NCBI GenBank assembly: GCA_963777605.1
Contig: CAVZRV010000031.1
Coordinates: 463,770 to 527,769 of the forward strand
Source of the DNA: an uncultured Acidobacteriota bacterium
GTDB lineage: Bacteria > Acidobacteriota > UBA6911 > RPQK01 > JAPXNP01
Length of the DNA: 64,000 nucleotides
Reading direction: 5' to 3'
In this document: one piece after another, positions 1 to 9,856 of the stretch
How positions within the stretch are numbered: position 1 is the stretch's first letter
Layout: each line of letters starts with the position of its first letter
Notes under the pieces: model-generated
Database searches by the model: none
What the model saw: the letters and a program-made list of their open reading frames with translations, nothing else
What the model was told of the DNA's origin: nothing
Translations under genes and position numbers: made by a program

Positions 1-1704
1 GGAGTTTGCCGGGAGCCCGTCGCTGGTCACGACCCAGCTCTTGCCCCCGTCCTCAGAAAGGCAGACACCTCCAACGGCGAGCTCCTTCCAGTCAGGCTGA
101 CGGATCATCTTGAGCCGGGGGATGTCGTGCCAGGAAGACCACGCGCTCCAGATCATGCCTTGCACGGCCGGATCGAACTGCATCCAGTAGCAGGTGTTGT
201 CCCAGGCGGGGGGAACCCCTTGCACCGAACGCTGCCACGTTCGCCCCCGGTCAAAGGAGTGGAAATAACCGATATCGGTGTAACTGACCGCGATGTGGTC
301 CGAGTTGAACGGATCGAAGTGAACGCCGTAACAGGTCGTCACGTCGAGTCCCCGGGATCGCACCGCCCCGGTTTCGAGCGTTTCGCTGTACAGTGCGTTC
401 CAGTTCAATCCGCCGTCGGTGGTTTTCAACGCCCGGTACCAGTCGGTGAAGATCGCCGTCTGGGGGTTGCCCGGATCGACTGCGACGTCGAGCATGCGGA
501 TGTACTCACCGCCAAAGGCCTCACGGACCCAGGAGTCATGGACATTCGCCGCCCTGACGCCATCTCGAACAGTGTAGTCGGAATGACCCCCTCCGGCCTG
601 GTAGACCCAGTTCCAGGAGGCACCTGCATCGGCCGTCTTGAGAACACCATACCAGTGCCCGGCACTGCCTGAGGAGTCTTCAGTCATCCACCGGTCACAG
701 GTCGCGTAGGCAATCCGGGCGTCCGAACTGGAGCAGGCGATCCCGCTAATCGAGGCCCGGGCATCGCCGCCACTCAGGCCATTCACCGTCAGTTCGACCT
801 TCTGCCAGGTCTTTCCAAGATCGGGACTCTGGAACAGGTCGCCTCCCTCCCCGATTGCGCCTCGTTCCTGGCGGCCGACCGCCCAGAGTTGAAAGCGGCC
901 GCTTGACGGGTTGAGCCCGCCGTCAACCGAGGTGACTGACGACAGCCCCTCCGAAACCTGGCCAACCTCTTCGACCATCACGTCCCGGCTCTCGTCGAGG
1001 AGCAGCCGTCCCCGACGCCATAACACCACGACCTGGCGGCGATCTCCGGGGAGTTCGAGCATACGCAAAACCGGGCCGTCGAGCTTGGCAACGAGATTCC
1101 ACTCTCCGCCCCCATCGCGGGAACTGTAAAGACCCGCCAGCCTTTGCCCGTCGCTGCGACCATTGACGCCCGCCAGGAGGTGGCTTGAGTCCTGCGAGTC
1201 AACCAGGATCGCGCTGACCGAGTTCCCCGGTCCCTGCGGGAAGTTGTCGGTCGTGACGAAGGAGGGCGAAGCGTGATCCCCTTCGTAGGAAATCTGGGTC
1301 ACGCTTTCCGGAGCCGGAAAAATCTGCTGCCAGCTTGCGCCCCCATCGTGGGTTACATTGAGGCCGGCGCCACCCACGTACATGGTCTCCGGGTCGGACG
1401 GGTCGAATGCAAAGGCCCGGGCACCCCCAAGGAAATTGAACATCTCCCAGGAATTTCCGCCGTCCGGGCTGAAATAGGCACCGCCCATGTCACAGCGCAG
1501 CAGTATCCGGTTCGGATCCCGGGGATGAAACGTCGGGATAAAGGTCGATCCTCCGCCCCCAGGCCCAAGCCGGGTCATCGAGGGCGGCTGCGCCGTCCCG
1601 GTCTGAGGCTCCTCGCTTTTCGGGCCACAGCCCGCGGCCATTAATCCCAGCCCCAATAACACCAACAAAGCCGCTGAAAACTTCCCCGTCGCGCCTCGTG
1701 ACAT
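1..1704 (-). CDS. BNR/Asp-box repeat beta-propeller lipoprotein (GH74/sialidase-like), 3' end outside window
   Basis: Not in the ORF track (no stop in window). Manual translation from ATG 1704: MSRGATGKFSAALLVLLGLGLMAAG|C lipobox, GPGGGG motif, Asp-boxes SPDGGNSW and SEDGGKSW in frame to base 1. AGAGGAGG RBS upstream. Confidence 0.8.
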   Translation of the reverse strand, partial: MSRGATGKFSAALLVLLGLGLMAAGCGPKSEEPQTGTAQPPSMTRLGPGGGGSTFIPTFHPRDPNRILLRCDMGGAYFSPDGGNSWEMFNFLGGARAFAFDPSDPETMYVGGAGLNVTHDGGASWQQIFPAPESVTQISYEGDHASPSFVTTDNFPQGPGNSVSAILVDSQDSSHLLAGVNGRSDGQRLAGLYSSRDGGGEWNLVAKLDGPVLRMLELPGDRRQVVVLWRRGRLLLDESRDVMVEEVGQVSEGLSSVTSVDGGLNPSSGRFQLWAVGRQERGAIGEGGDLFQSPDLGKTWQKVELTVNGLSGGDARASISGIACSSSDARIAYATCDRWMTEDSSGSAGHWYGVLKTADAGASWNWVYQAGGGHSDYTVRDGVRAANVHDSWVREAFGGEYIRMLDVAVDPGNPQTAIFTDWYRALKTTDGGLNWNALYSETLETGAVRSRGLDVTTCYGVHFDPFNSDHIAVSYTDIGYFHSFDRGRTWQRSVQGVPPAWDNTCYWMQFDPAVQGMIWSAWSSWHDIPRLKMIRQPDWKELAVGGVCLSEDGGKSWVVTSDGLPANS

Positions 1705-1804
1705 GGCAACACCCTCCTCTGGCAGACTCGATGCATGTGATGATTTCGTCGGCCGGACCTTGACCCTCGACCGGTTCTGTCATAGCTTCGCCCGGAGCAA
1801 CTCT

Positions 1805-3010
1805 GTGTTCAAGTCTTTTCGCAATCGCCTCAAAAAACTTGGCCCTGCATTCGTGATCGCCGCCGTCGTTCTGGGCCCCGGCAGCATTACCTTGAGTACG
1901 ATGGCCGGCAGCCTCTACGGCTACCGCCTGCTGTGGGTCTCCGTCCTCGCCACCGCGTTCATGATTGTCTTCACGACCATGGCTGCGAGAATCGGCCTGG
2001 TCACCCAGCGTACACTCCTTGAGCTTGCCGCGGAGCGGTTCGGCAGGGGCCTCGCAATGGTGGGCGGTTTGACGGGGTTTCTGGCAATCCTTGCTTTCCA
2101 GGCAGGGAACAGTGCCGCCGTTGGTTTTTCGGGAGATGCGATATTCGGCCACGGGCCGCGAATCTGGGCCTTCCTCCTCTTCCTGCCTGCGGCGCTGCTC
2201 CTGCAACTGCCCGAGCTCTACAAGAGGCTGGAACAATTCGTCAAGATTTCGGTTGGGTTGATGATCCTCAGTTTTATCGGCACCCTGGTCGTGGTTGGAA
2301 TCGACGTTCGACAGATCCCGGGGGCGCTGGTACCAGGGTTCCCCGATTCCGCTTCGGCGTTTCTCGCCCTGGGCATGGCGGCAACCACCTTTTCCGTCGC
2401 TGGCGCCGCCTACCAGTGCTATCTGGTTAAAGAGAAACGGTGGACACGGGAGGACGGCCGGGAGCAAGGGCTGGACACGGTGCTCGGAATTGCCGCACTC
2501 GGACTGATTTCCTCCGTAATCCTGATGACCAGCGCCGGAGTGGCTGCCTCGGTCGGCGCAAAATCGTTCACCGCCCAAAGCATGGTTCTGCAGCTCGAGC
2601 CGCTGGCGGGAAGATTCGCATTCGCGCTCTTCATGGTCGGTTTTTTCGCCGCTTCCTTCTCGTCCCTCGTGGTCAACCCGCTGATCGGGGCCACCCTCCT
2701 CATCGACGGGTTCGGAGGTGATACCACGATGGCCGGCAGGCCTGTTCGCCTGTGGGCGTCGCTCATCATGGTGGCCGGAGCGGGGCTCGTCGTCCTCTAC
2801 GGGGAAACTCCGATTGAACTGCTCCGGACAGCCCAGGCGTTGGCCGTCGTCGCCTTTCCCGTGCTTGGATTTCTGATCTGGTGGCTGGCGCGTGACCGTT
2901 CGGTCATGGGGGATCGAGTCAACCGCTGGTGGATGGACATCCTTGCCGCCCTCGGCTACTTCACGGTGGTGGCGGTCGTGCTCAATTACTTGAGGCAGCT
3001 TCTTGGGTGA
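1805..3010 (+). CDS. NRAMP-family (MntH-like) transporter
   Basis: LGPAFVIAAVVLGPGSIT N-terminal motif, about 11 hydrophobic segments; GTG start at 1805 inferred. Confidence 0.8.
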   Translation: MFKSFRNRLKKLGPAFVIAAVVLGPGSITLSTMAGSLYGYRLLWVSVLATAFMIVFTTMAARIGLVTQRTLLELAAERFGRGLAMVGGLTGFLAILAFQAGNSAAVGFSGDAIFGHGPRIWAFLLFLPAALLLQLPELYKRLEQFVKISVGLMILSFIGTLVVVGIDVRQIPGALVPGFPDSASAFLALGMAATTFSVAGAAYQCYLVKEKRWTREDGREQGLDTVLGIAALGLISSVILMTSAGVAASVGAKSFTAQSMVLQLEPLAGRFAFALFMVGFFAASFSSLVVNPLIGATLLIDGFGGDTTMAGRPVRLWASLIMVAGAGLVVLYGETPIELLRTAQALAVVAFPVLGFLIWWLARDRSVMGDRVNRWWMDILAALGYFTVVAVVLNYLRQLLG

Positions 3011-3093
3011 ATAGGCCCCTGCCGGTATACTGAATTCTGGATTCTTTGGTGTCTCTTTTCACTTCCGAGTCAACCGGTTGAGAGGAAAAGGCG

Positions 3094-5229
3094 ATGGACT
3101 GGACTCGTAGAGGTTTTCTTGCAGGCTGTGTCGGGCTCCCGTTGCTGCGGATCTGCCCCGTTCTCGGGCGTCCCTACCCGGGCCTGATTTACCGTGACTA
3201 TTCAGCCTGCCTGCCGGACTTCCTGACCGGAGTCGCGGAAGCGGCTTACCAGGGGCGGAACCGGCGACTGGATCAACTGACCACTGCGGAATCGATCACC
3301 CAGTACCAGGAATGGGCCCGCGACACGTTCTGGAACCTGACTGGAGGGAGGCTCGAACGGACCCCGCTGAATCAGCGCAGCCTCGGCTCCTTCGATCGGC
3401 CCGGTTACCGAGTCGAGAAGATCGTCTACGACAGCCGGCCCGACTTTCCCGTTCCCGCCAATCTCTACTTGCCCGCTTCCGGCAAACCTCCTTATCCGGG
3501 AGTGCTTTTCCAGATGGGTCATTCGCTCAACGGCAAGGCTGCCGCCACCTACCAGCGATGTTGCCAGGGCCTGGCCCAACTGGGCTTCGTGGTACTGGGA
3601 TTTGATCCCATGGGGCAGGGGGAGCGCGCCTACTATCCCCGCGAAGACGGGTACATGACGAGACTCGACTCCGCCGACGAAGAGCACTCCCGGCCCGGTC
3701 GCCAGATGCTGCTCGTCGGAGACACTTCCACGCGACTCCAGTTGTGGGACGCCGTGCGCAGCCTCGACGTTCTCGCCGCTCATCCCCTGGTAGACCCCGA
3801 TCGACTGGCGTCAACGGGCCAGTCAGGCGGGGCAACGCTGACCATGCTGCTGGCCGCGGTGGACGATCGCCTCAAGGTGGCGGCGGTCTCTTCGGGCAAC
3901 ACGGAAAACGTTGCCTGCGCCAACTTCAATCCCCCCGGGTCAACCGACGACGCGGAGCAGAACATCCTGAACAGCGGCCCGGAACGATTCGATCGCTGGG
4001 ACCTGCTTTACCCCTTCGCCCCCAAGCCGCTTCTGGTGCTGGTCAGCGACAGGGACTGGTTCGGGACCTACTCCAGCCGGTACCTGAGCAGTGGCTGGGA
4101 GGAATACCAGAAGCTGGAGAAGATCTACCAGGTCATGGGTAAATCCGATCAACTGCAATGGGGAGACGGACCCTTTCCACACAACCTGGCTTACGACGTC
4201 CGCCTGGAGGTCTACCGCTGGATGCTGCGCTGGCTGAAGGGAGATCAACAAGCGGCCGCCCAGTTGAAAGAAGAGCCCCCCACCCGTCTCGAGGATGATC
4301 GCACCCTCTGGATTACGCGATCGGGAAATGTTCAGGAACTGGGATCCGAGACCCCGTTTAGCCTCAACCTCAAGAAAGCGGAAGCGATCAGACGGCCCGG
4401 GGGTATCGGCGACCTCCCCGCCCTCCTGGCCCTCGAGAAAGCCCCCGAACAGGCTCGCGAATTCGCACGCCTGGGATCACGGCCTTCCGGGCGCATCATG
4501 CTCGAGGCCGTCGAAGTTCCGAGCGCACCTTCGGTGTGGGTCCCGGCCTGGATGTTCCTGCCCGAACAGCGGGGTGAAAAGGTAGTGGTCATCGTGGAAC
4601 CGGGAGGAAGAAGCAGTCGGTGGAAAGAGGGAGAACTCTACCAGTCCCTTGCGGACAGCGGAATCCCGGTCTGTGCACCCGATATCCGGTGGATCGGCGA
4701 CCTTCGTCCCCGTTTCTCCGAAGGGGCGCGCAACCACGCCAGCTGGCACCAGGACGAAGAGGCTTGGTCCTGGGGCTCGCTGATCCTGGGACGCCCGCTT
4801 CTCGGACAGCGCGTAGATGACTTGCTTGCCGTCATTTCAGCCGTCGGCCGGCACCCCGAAACGCGGGGCCTGAAAGTCGTTCTGGCGGCACGGGGAGAAT
4901 TGACAGTACCAGCCCTCTGTGCGGCAGCGCTCTCTCCCGAGGTGGAATCGGTACTGCTCGACTCCGGGCTGGGGTCATTCGAGAGCGTCGTGGAAACCGA
5001 AGATTACCACCAGCCGTTCGCCAATTTCGTTACCGGGTTCCTGACCCAGACCGATCTCCCCGAAATCGCCGGTTCGATCGCGCCTCGGCGCTTGACGCTG
5101 GCCGGCACGGTTGACGGAGCCGGGCGCCGGCTCAGTGCCGGAGAGGTCCGCGAACTCTACGGATCTGGTCCCGAACTGACGATCTCCGAAGACCCGGCGT
5201 GGACCCTCGAGGCAATCAAGGCCCTTTGA
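3094..5229 (+). CDS. Tat-exported alpha/beta-hydrolase (acetylxylan esterase-like), two-domain
   Basis: TRRGFL Tat motif; GQSGG nucleophile elbow; DPMGQGER motif; degenerate second hydrolase domain. Confidence 0.75.
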   Translation: MDWTRRGFLAGCVGLPLLRICPVLGRPYPGLIYRDYSACLPDFLTGVAEAAYQGRNRRLDQLTTAESITQYQEWARDTFWNLTGGRLERTPLNQRSLGSFDRPGYRVEKIVYDSRPDFPVPANLYLPASGKPPYPGVLFQMGHSLNGKAAATYQRCCQGLAQLGFVVLGFDPMGQGERAYYPREDGYMTRLDSADEEHSRPGRQMLLVGDTSTRLQLWDAVRSLDVLAAHPLVDPDRLASTGQSGGATLTMLLAAVDDRLKVAAVSSGNTENVACANFNPPGSTDDAEQNILNSGPERFDRWDLLYPFAPKPLLVLVSDRDWFGTYSSRYLSSGWEEYQKLEKIYQVMGKSDQLQWGDGPFPHNLAYDVRLEVYRWMLRWLKGDQQAAAQLKEEPPTRLEDDRTLWITRSGNVQELGSETPFSLNLKKAEAIRRPGGIGDLPALLALEKAPEQAREFARLGSRPSGRIMLEAVEVPSAPSVWVPAWMFLPEQRGEKVVVIVEPGGRSSRWKEGELYQSLADSGIPVCAPDIRWIGDLRPRFSEGARNHASWHQDEEAWSWGSLILGRPLLGQRVDDLLAVISAVGRHPETRGLKVVLAARGELTVPALCAAALSPEVESVLLDSGLGSFESVVETEDYHQPFANFVTGFLTQTDLPEIAGSIAPRRLTLAGTVDGAGRRLSAGEVRELYGSGPELTISEDPAWTLEAIKAL

Positions 5230-5245
5230 AGACCGCGACCCTGAC

Positions 5246-6124
5246 CTACTGGCTCTTCTTCACCTGGTCATCGATCCAGCGTTTCTGCTGATCGATGAAC
5301 TTGTCAATCCCGTTGGTGTTCCCGTGAACTGCGTTGTAGGCCTGCTCGAGGTACTGGCGGGCAGTGAACGAGTTGGCACCGTTCAGCGAAACTGCCCGGG
5401 CATATTCAATTTCCGCGTTCTCGAGGTCACCTTTGAGCTGGTACCCGAACCCGAGCCGAAACCGGCTCCGCTCGTCGCGAGGATCGAGTTCGGTCGCCTT
5501 CGTCAGATGATCGAGTGCCTCCGCCATCAACTTGGGGTCGTTGTCCGAGTTAAACGCCTTGAAAAGAAGGGCGGTTCCAACACCATAATGGGCATCGCCC
5601 ATTATCAGTTTCCGCCGCTGGGGCCAGGTTTCCTCCATGTACTCGGGGGGCCGCTCCATGGTCGGAAGAATTTCGAGCACCCGGTTTCCTTTTTCGAGAG
5701 CCTGATCGGGCTTCATTTCGTCCGCATAGGCGGCCGAAAGGCTGGCCATGAGAGCCACAGAGTCTGTCAGCTGAGCAGTGGCCATTTCACCATGTGCGAA
5801 GAAAGCCTTGAGATCGTTCTTCTGTCGGGCATCGACAGCCAGGATCTCGTGCGCGTACGGAGCAAAACCGCCCGTGGGGTAAGCATCCAGATACTCCTGC
5901 GCCGCCCTGGCCTTGGCCTTGGGATCGAGAGAGTTAACGACAATCTGCCATGCCTGGTGCTCTTTCTCGGTACTTGCCTGGCCCAGCACCTGGCGCTGGT
6001 TCATGTCCATTTCCTTGAAAACGGCCCCAGGAGGCGTGGGGGCCTGCTGCCCGGACAGGAATCCGACACAAAGGACCACTACGGCACCACCCAAGGCGAA
6101 CTTAGTAAGACCATGCTCTATCAT
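5246..6124 (-). CDS. Secreted TPR protein
   Basis: Signal peptide; TPR-like helices (AHYGVG..., KATELDP..., RFRLG). Confidence 0.75.
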   Translation of the reverse strand: MIEHGLTKFALGGAVVVLCVGFLSGQQAPTPPGAVFKEMDMNQRQVLGQASTEKEHQAWQIVVNSLDPKAKARAAQEYLDAYPTGGFAPYAHEILAVDARQKNDLKAFFAHGEMATAQLTDSVALMASLSAAYADEMKPDQALEKGNRVLEILPTMERPPEYMEETWPQRRKLIMGDAHYGVGTALLFKAFNSDNDPKLMAEALDHLTKATELDPRDERSRFRLGFGYQLKGDLENAEIEYARAVSLNGANSFTARQYLEQAYNAVHGNTNGIDKFIDQQKRWIDDQVKKSQ

Positions 6125-6431
6125 CAGCTTTACTCCCTTGTGAGACGGTGATCACTGAAAAACTACCACAAAACCCGGGCTCCAGGACAGAGGCTCCATT
6201 TACTGAGAATCACCAACAACGGTCAAGTCGCATTGAAAAGGGAGGCAGGTCATTGACACATCAACGACTCCATGGGTATTTAGGGTGGATCAGTTGGGGC
6301 GCAAGCGGGAATTTGGCGCAATTCGCCTGGAGAATTTGGGTCCGGCCTTAAAAAGAGGCCATGACGGTTTCCGGATGACGCAATTCGAACGTTGAGGAAT
6401 CGAAAGTCGACGCAGAAGGGATAGAACGACA

Positions 6432-8126
6432 ATGATCGGCAAATCCAGATGGTTCATACTCGCGAGTTTCCTGATTCTAGGGGTCTCCGGCTGCGGAAAT
6501 TCCGGGTTTGACGCGTGGCTTCAGGACTCGATGATCAAGATGTTTCCCGATTCGACTCCTCCAACCGGCCTGCAGGAAGCTCCCCGGATCTGGATTGCCA
6601 GGAATGGTCATGCCAGCGTTCAGCTTGCGGTTCGGCCCCGCGGCGATCTCGACGAGTTCGGAATTGAGATGCCAGGAGCGATTCTGAACGACGTTGTACT
6701 CGACAAGGTTCAGGTGAGGAGAGTGGGGTTCGTACCGGTAGAACGAAACACCGCCGACACTGCCGAGGACGAACTGGTCAGGATTGCACCTGCCGACTTC
6801 CCCGATCCGCTCGAGAACAAACTCCCTACGAAATTGATCTCCGAACGCACCGAGGTCTTCTGGTTGACCATGTACGCACCCCCAGACACCCCTCCGGGCG
6901 ACTACCGGGGAGAAATCCGACTCTCCGTCGGCGGGAAGGTCGACACCGTGCTGGCCTACGACCTGAGGGTTGTCGATGCTGCCGTCCCCGGGGACCAGAC
7001 CCTCAAAGTGACGAACTGGTTCAACACCGACCAGTCTCATCTCAACAACTTCTTCCCAATCCAGGATGACCGGGAAACCTACTGGAAAATCCTGGGCAAT
7101 ATCGGCCGCGTCATGGCCGAACACAAACAGAACGCAATGCTGACGCCGGTAAGCGACCTTGTGCAGGTCGTACTGGATAACGGCCGACTCAAGTTCGACT
7201 TCTCCGAGTTCGACCGCTGGGTGACCACCTTTCAGGAATGCGGGCTCATCGGCACCATCGAAGGCGGGCACCTGCTGGTCCGACCGAAAGGATATTTCAG
7301 TCCGATCATGGTTCCGGCCTGGGTGGAGGAAAACGGGGCGCTGGTTCGCAAGACGCTCGAACCCTACGATCCGAAGGCCGACGCCTACCTCTCCCTTTTC
7401 CTGCAAAATCTTCACGCTCACCTCGAGGAGAGAGGATGGAAGGAAAGCTATATCCAGCACCTTCACGACGAACCGCACGGGGATGAGATCCCGGTTTACG
7501 AACACTATGCCGACCTGGTCCGAAAGAATCTTCCCGGCATCCCCACGATCGATGCGGTAGACCTGGCCGAGGATACCGGATTCCTGGACCGCTACCTCGA
7601 CATCTGGGTGCCGGTCCTGAGCAGCTTCGACGAGAAATTCGACCTTCTCGCTCGCCATCGGGCCGCAGGCGGCCAGACCTGGTTCTATACCTGCGTCGTT
7701 CCGAGAGGCCGCTACCTCAACCGGTTCATCGACTACAGCCTGCTCAAGGTCCGGTTGCTTCACTGGTTCAATTTCCGACACGGCCTCGGAGGCTACCTCC
7801 ACTGGGGCGGGAACTACTGGTCTTCGGAGCCATTCCGCAACGTCGAACCGGTCATCAACGACGGGCAGACTCTCCTGCCACCCGGAGACAGTGCTATTGT
7901 GTATCCCGACATAGAGAACCTGTCCATCCTCAGTTCGATCCGCCTCGAGATGATGCGTGAGGGAATCGAGGACTACGAACTGCTCCACGAGCTTGCAACT
8001 CGGGACCCGGCTCGCGCTGAGGAATTGGCCCGGATGGCGATCCCTGAAGTGACGGACTACGTCCGCGATCCGGCCCGGTTCCGGGAGATTCAGACGATGC
8101 TTCTGGAGGCGATCAGTTCGCGGTGA
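6432..8126 (+). CDS. DUF4091/GH123-like glycoside hydrolase lipoprotein
   Basis: Lipobox VSG|C; HDEP, W-x-Y-x-C, GYLHWG, PGD and SIRLEMMREGIEDYE motifs. Confidence 0.8.
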   Translation: MIGKSRWFILASFLILGVSGCGNSGFDAWLQDSMIKMFPDSTPPTGLQEAPRIWIARNGHASVQLAVRPRGDLDEFGIEMPGAILNDVVLDKVQVRRVGFVPVERNTADTAEDELVRIAPADFPDPLENKLPTKLISERTEVFWLTMYAPPDTPPGDYRGEIRLSVGGKVDTVLAYDLRVVDAAVPGDQTLKVTNWFNTDQSHLNNFFPIQDDRETYWKILGNIGRVMAEHKQNAMLTPVSDLVQVVLDNGRLKFDFSEFDRWVTTFQECGLIGTIEGGHLLVRPKGYFSPIMVPAWVEENGALVRKTLEPYDPKADAYLSLFLQNLHAHLEERGWKESYIQHLHDEPHGDEIPVYEHYADLVRKNLPGIPTIDAVDLAEDTGFLDRYLDIWVPVLSSFDEKFDLLARHRAAGGQTWFYTCVVPRGRYLNRFIDYSLLKVRLLHWFNFRHGLGGYLHWGGNYWSSEPFRNVEPVINDGQTLLPPGDSAIVYPDIENLSILSSIRLEMMREGIEDYELLHELATRDPARAEELARMAIPEVTDYVRDPARFREIQTMLLEAISSR

Positions 8127-9832
8127 TGAGACTCTACAGGCGCTTCGTGGGCGGCCGGGGCCGGAGAAAGCAGCTGTTTGTCGGGCTTTTGTTTCCGGCT
8201 CTGGCCGGGCTGACCTCGATCGGGATCCGCGCCGAAAGCCCGGTCACGTTTACCGATATCACCCGGGTTGCCGGCATTACCTGGGTCCATGACAACGGTA
8301 TGTCCAAGCCCCGCTATTTGCCGGAAACCATGGTCGGGGGAGCCGCGTTTCTCGATTTCAACAATGACGACCTCATCGATATCTACCTCGTAACGGCTTC
8401 AACGAGCGTTTTCTACAAGCCTGAGAATCCCCGCACCAATGCGCTCTACCGAAACAACGGCGACGGGACCTTCTCGGATGTGACCAGCCAGGCCGGGGTT
8501 CCCGGCCGTGGATTTGGGGTCGGCGTTTCCGTGGGGGACTATGACCGGGACGGTTGGGTTGACATGTTCGTCACCGGAGTTCGGGAAGGAATCCTCTACC
8601 ACAACAACGGGGACGGCACGTTCACCGATGTCACCGAGCGCTCCGGGGCAAAGACGCCGGGGTGGGGAGCCAGTTCAGCCTGGTTCGACATGGACAACGA
8701 CGGCTGGCTCGACCTCTGGGTCTGTGGGTACGTCATCTGGGAACCCAACCTGAATTTCAAGTGCGGAGGAGGAGACGTTCCGCGCTACTGCATCCCAACG
8801 CTGTTTGACGGTCAGCCGAGCTGGCTCTTCCGCAACCGGGGGGACGGCACTTTTGAAGACGTGAGCCAGACGGCCGGGATCTCCAATCCCCGCAGCAAGG
8901 GACTCGGTGTCGTCGCGGCAGACCTGAACAACGACGGCTGGATGGACATCTTCCAGTCCAACGACACGACTGAGAATTTCCTGTTCATGAACAAAGGGGA
9001 CAACACTTTTCAGGAGATCGGGCTGATGGCCGGCGTCGCGTTCAGCTATGACGGGCGAACCCGGTCTGGAATGGGAGTTGATGCCCAGGACTACGACGAC
9101 GACGGATGGATCGATCTGTTCGTGGCCAACATCGACCACGAAGACGTCTCAATCTATCGAAACCTGGGGGACGAGACGTTTGAGGACGCCGTTGTCGATC
9201 GGCCCGAATTGAGCCAGGCAACCCGGTTCATGAGTACCTTCGGAGCACGTTTCATCGACCTGGACAACAACTCTTACGAGGACCTCGTGGTCGTCAACGG
9301 CCACCCGGACGACCAGATTGACTACCACCGGGGCAACATCAATTACCTCGAGAAGCCGCTCCTTTTCCTGAACAACGGGACGGAGTTCCGCAACGCCAGC
9401 GCCGAGGCCGGGCCGGCGTTCCAGGCGACCTATGCCGGCAGGGGGCTGGCGACCGGGGACATCGATAACGACGGGGACTCCGATCTCCTCTTCCTCAATA
9501 ACGGTCAGGCGCCCGTTCTGGCGCGCAACGATGGGGGAAACCGGAACCATTGGCTGGGTCTTGAACTGTCCGGCGTCAAGTCCAATCCTCACGGCGTCGG
9601 AACCAGGATTGAATACCAGGTAGCCGGAAAGAAGCGGATCCACTACGTCGCCGGGGGAAGCAGCTACCAGTCGGATCACGACAAGAGGGTACTCCTGGGA
9701 TTCGGGATCCAGTCCGAGGCGGGAGAGATCCGCATCAATTGGCCCAGTGGAACCGTTGACGTGTTGAACAATCCTCAACTAAATCGCTACATGAAACTCG
9801 TTGAAGGTCAGTCACCGGCAGCCGACCAGTGA
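8123..9832 (+). CDS. CRTAC1-family protein (FG-GAP repeats + ASPIC/UnbV)
   Basis: Repeated D-x-D/N-x-DG-x-x-D motifs, LYRNNGDGTF, C-terminal GSSYQS...FG...WPSG. Confidence 0.9.
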   Translation: MMRLYRRFVGGRGRRKQLFVGLLFPALAGLTSIGIRAESPVTFTDITRVAGITWVHDNGMSKPRYLPETMVGGAAFLDFNNDDLIDIYLVTASTSVFYKPENPRTNALYRNNGDGTFSDVTSQAGVPGRGFGVGVSVGDYDRDGWVDMFVTGVREGILYHNNGDGTFTDVTERSGAKTPGWGASSAWFDMDNDGWLDLWVCGYVIWEPNLNFKCGGGDVPRYCIPTLFDGQPSWLFRNRGDGTFEDVSQTAGISNPRSKGLGVVAADLNNDGWMDIFQSNDTTENFLFMNKGDNTFQEIGLMAGVAFSYDGRTRSGMGVDAQDYDDDGWIDLFVANIDHEDVSIYRNLGDETFEDAVVDRPELSQATRFMSTFGARFIDLDNNSYEDLVVVNGHPDDQIDYHRGNINYLEKPLLFLNNGTEFRNASAEAGPAFQATYAGRGLATGDIDNDGDSDLLFLNNGQAPVLARNDGGNRNHWLGLELSGVKSNPHGVGTRIEYQVAGKKRIHYVAGGSSYQSDHDKRVLLGFGIQSEAGEIRINWPSGTVDVLNNPQLNRYMKLVEGQSPAADQ

Positions 9833-9856
9833 CGCAACGACGGTGAACCGCCGCGG

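Noticed and set aside
6253-6282. TTGACA promoter candidate upstream of the DUF4091 gene
   Set aside because: No convincing -10 hexamer at 16-18 bp spacing
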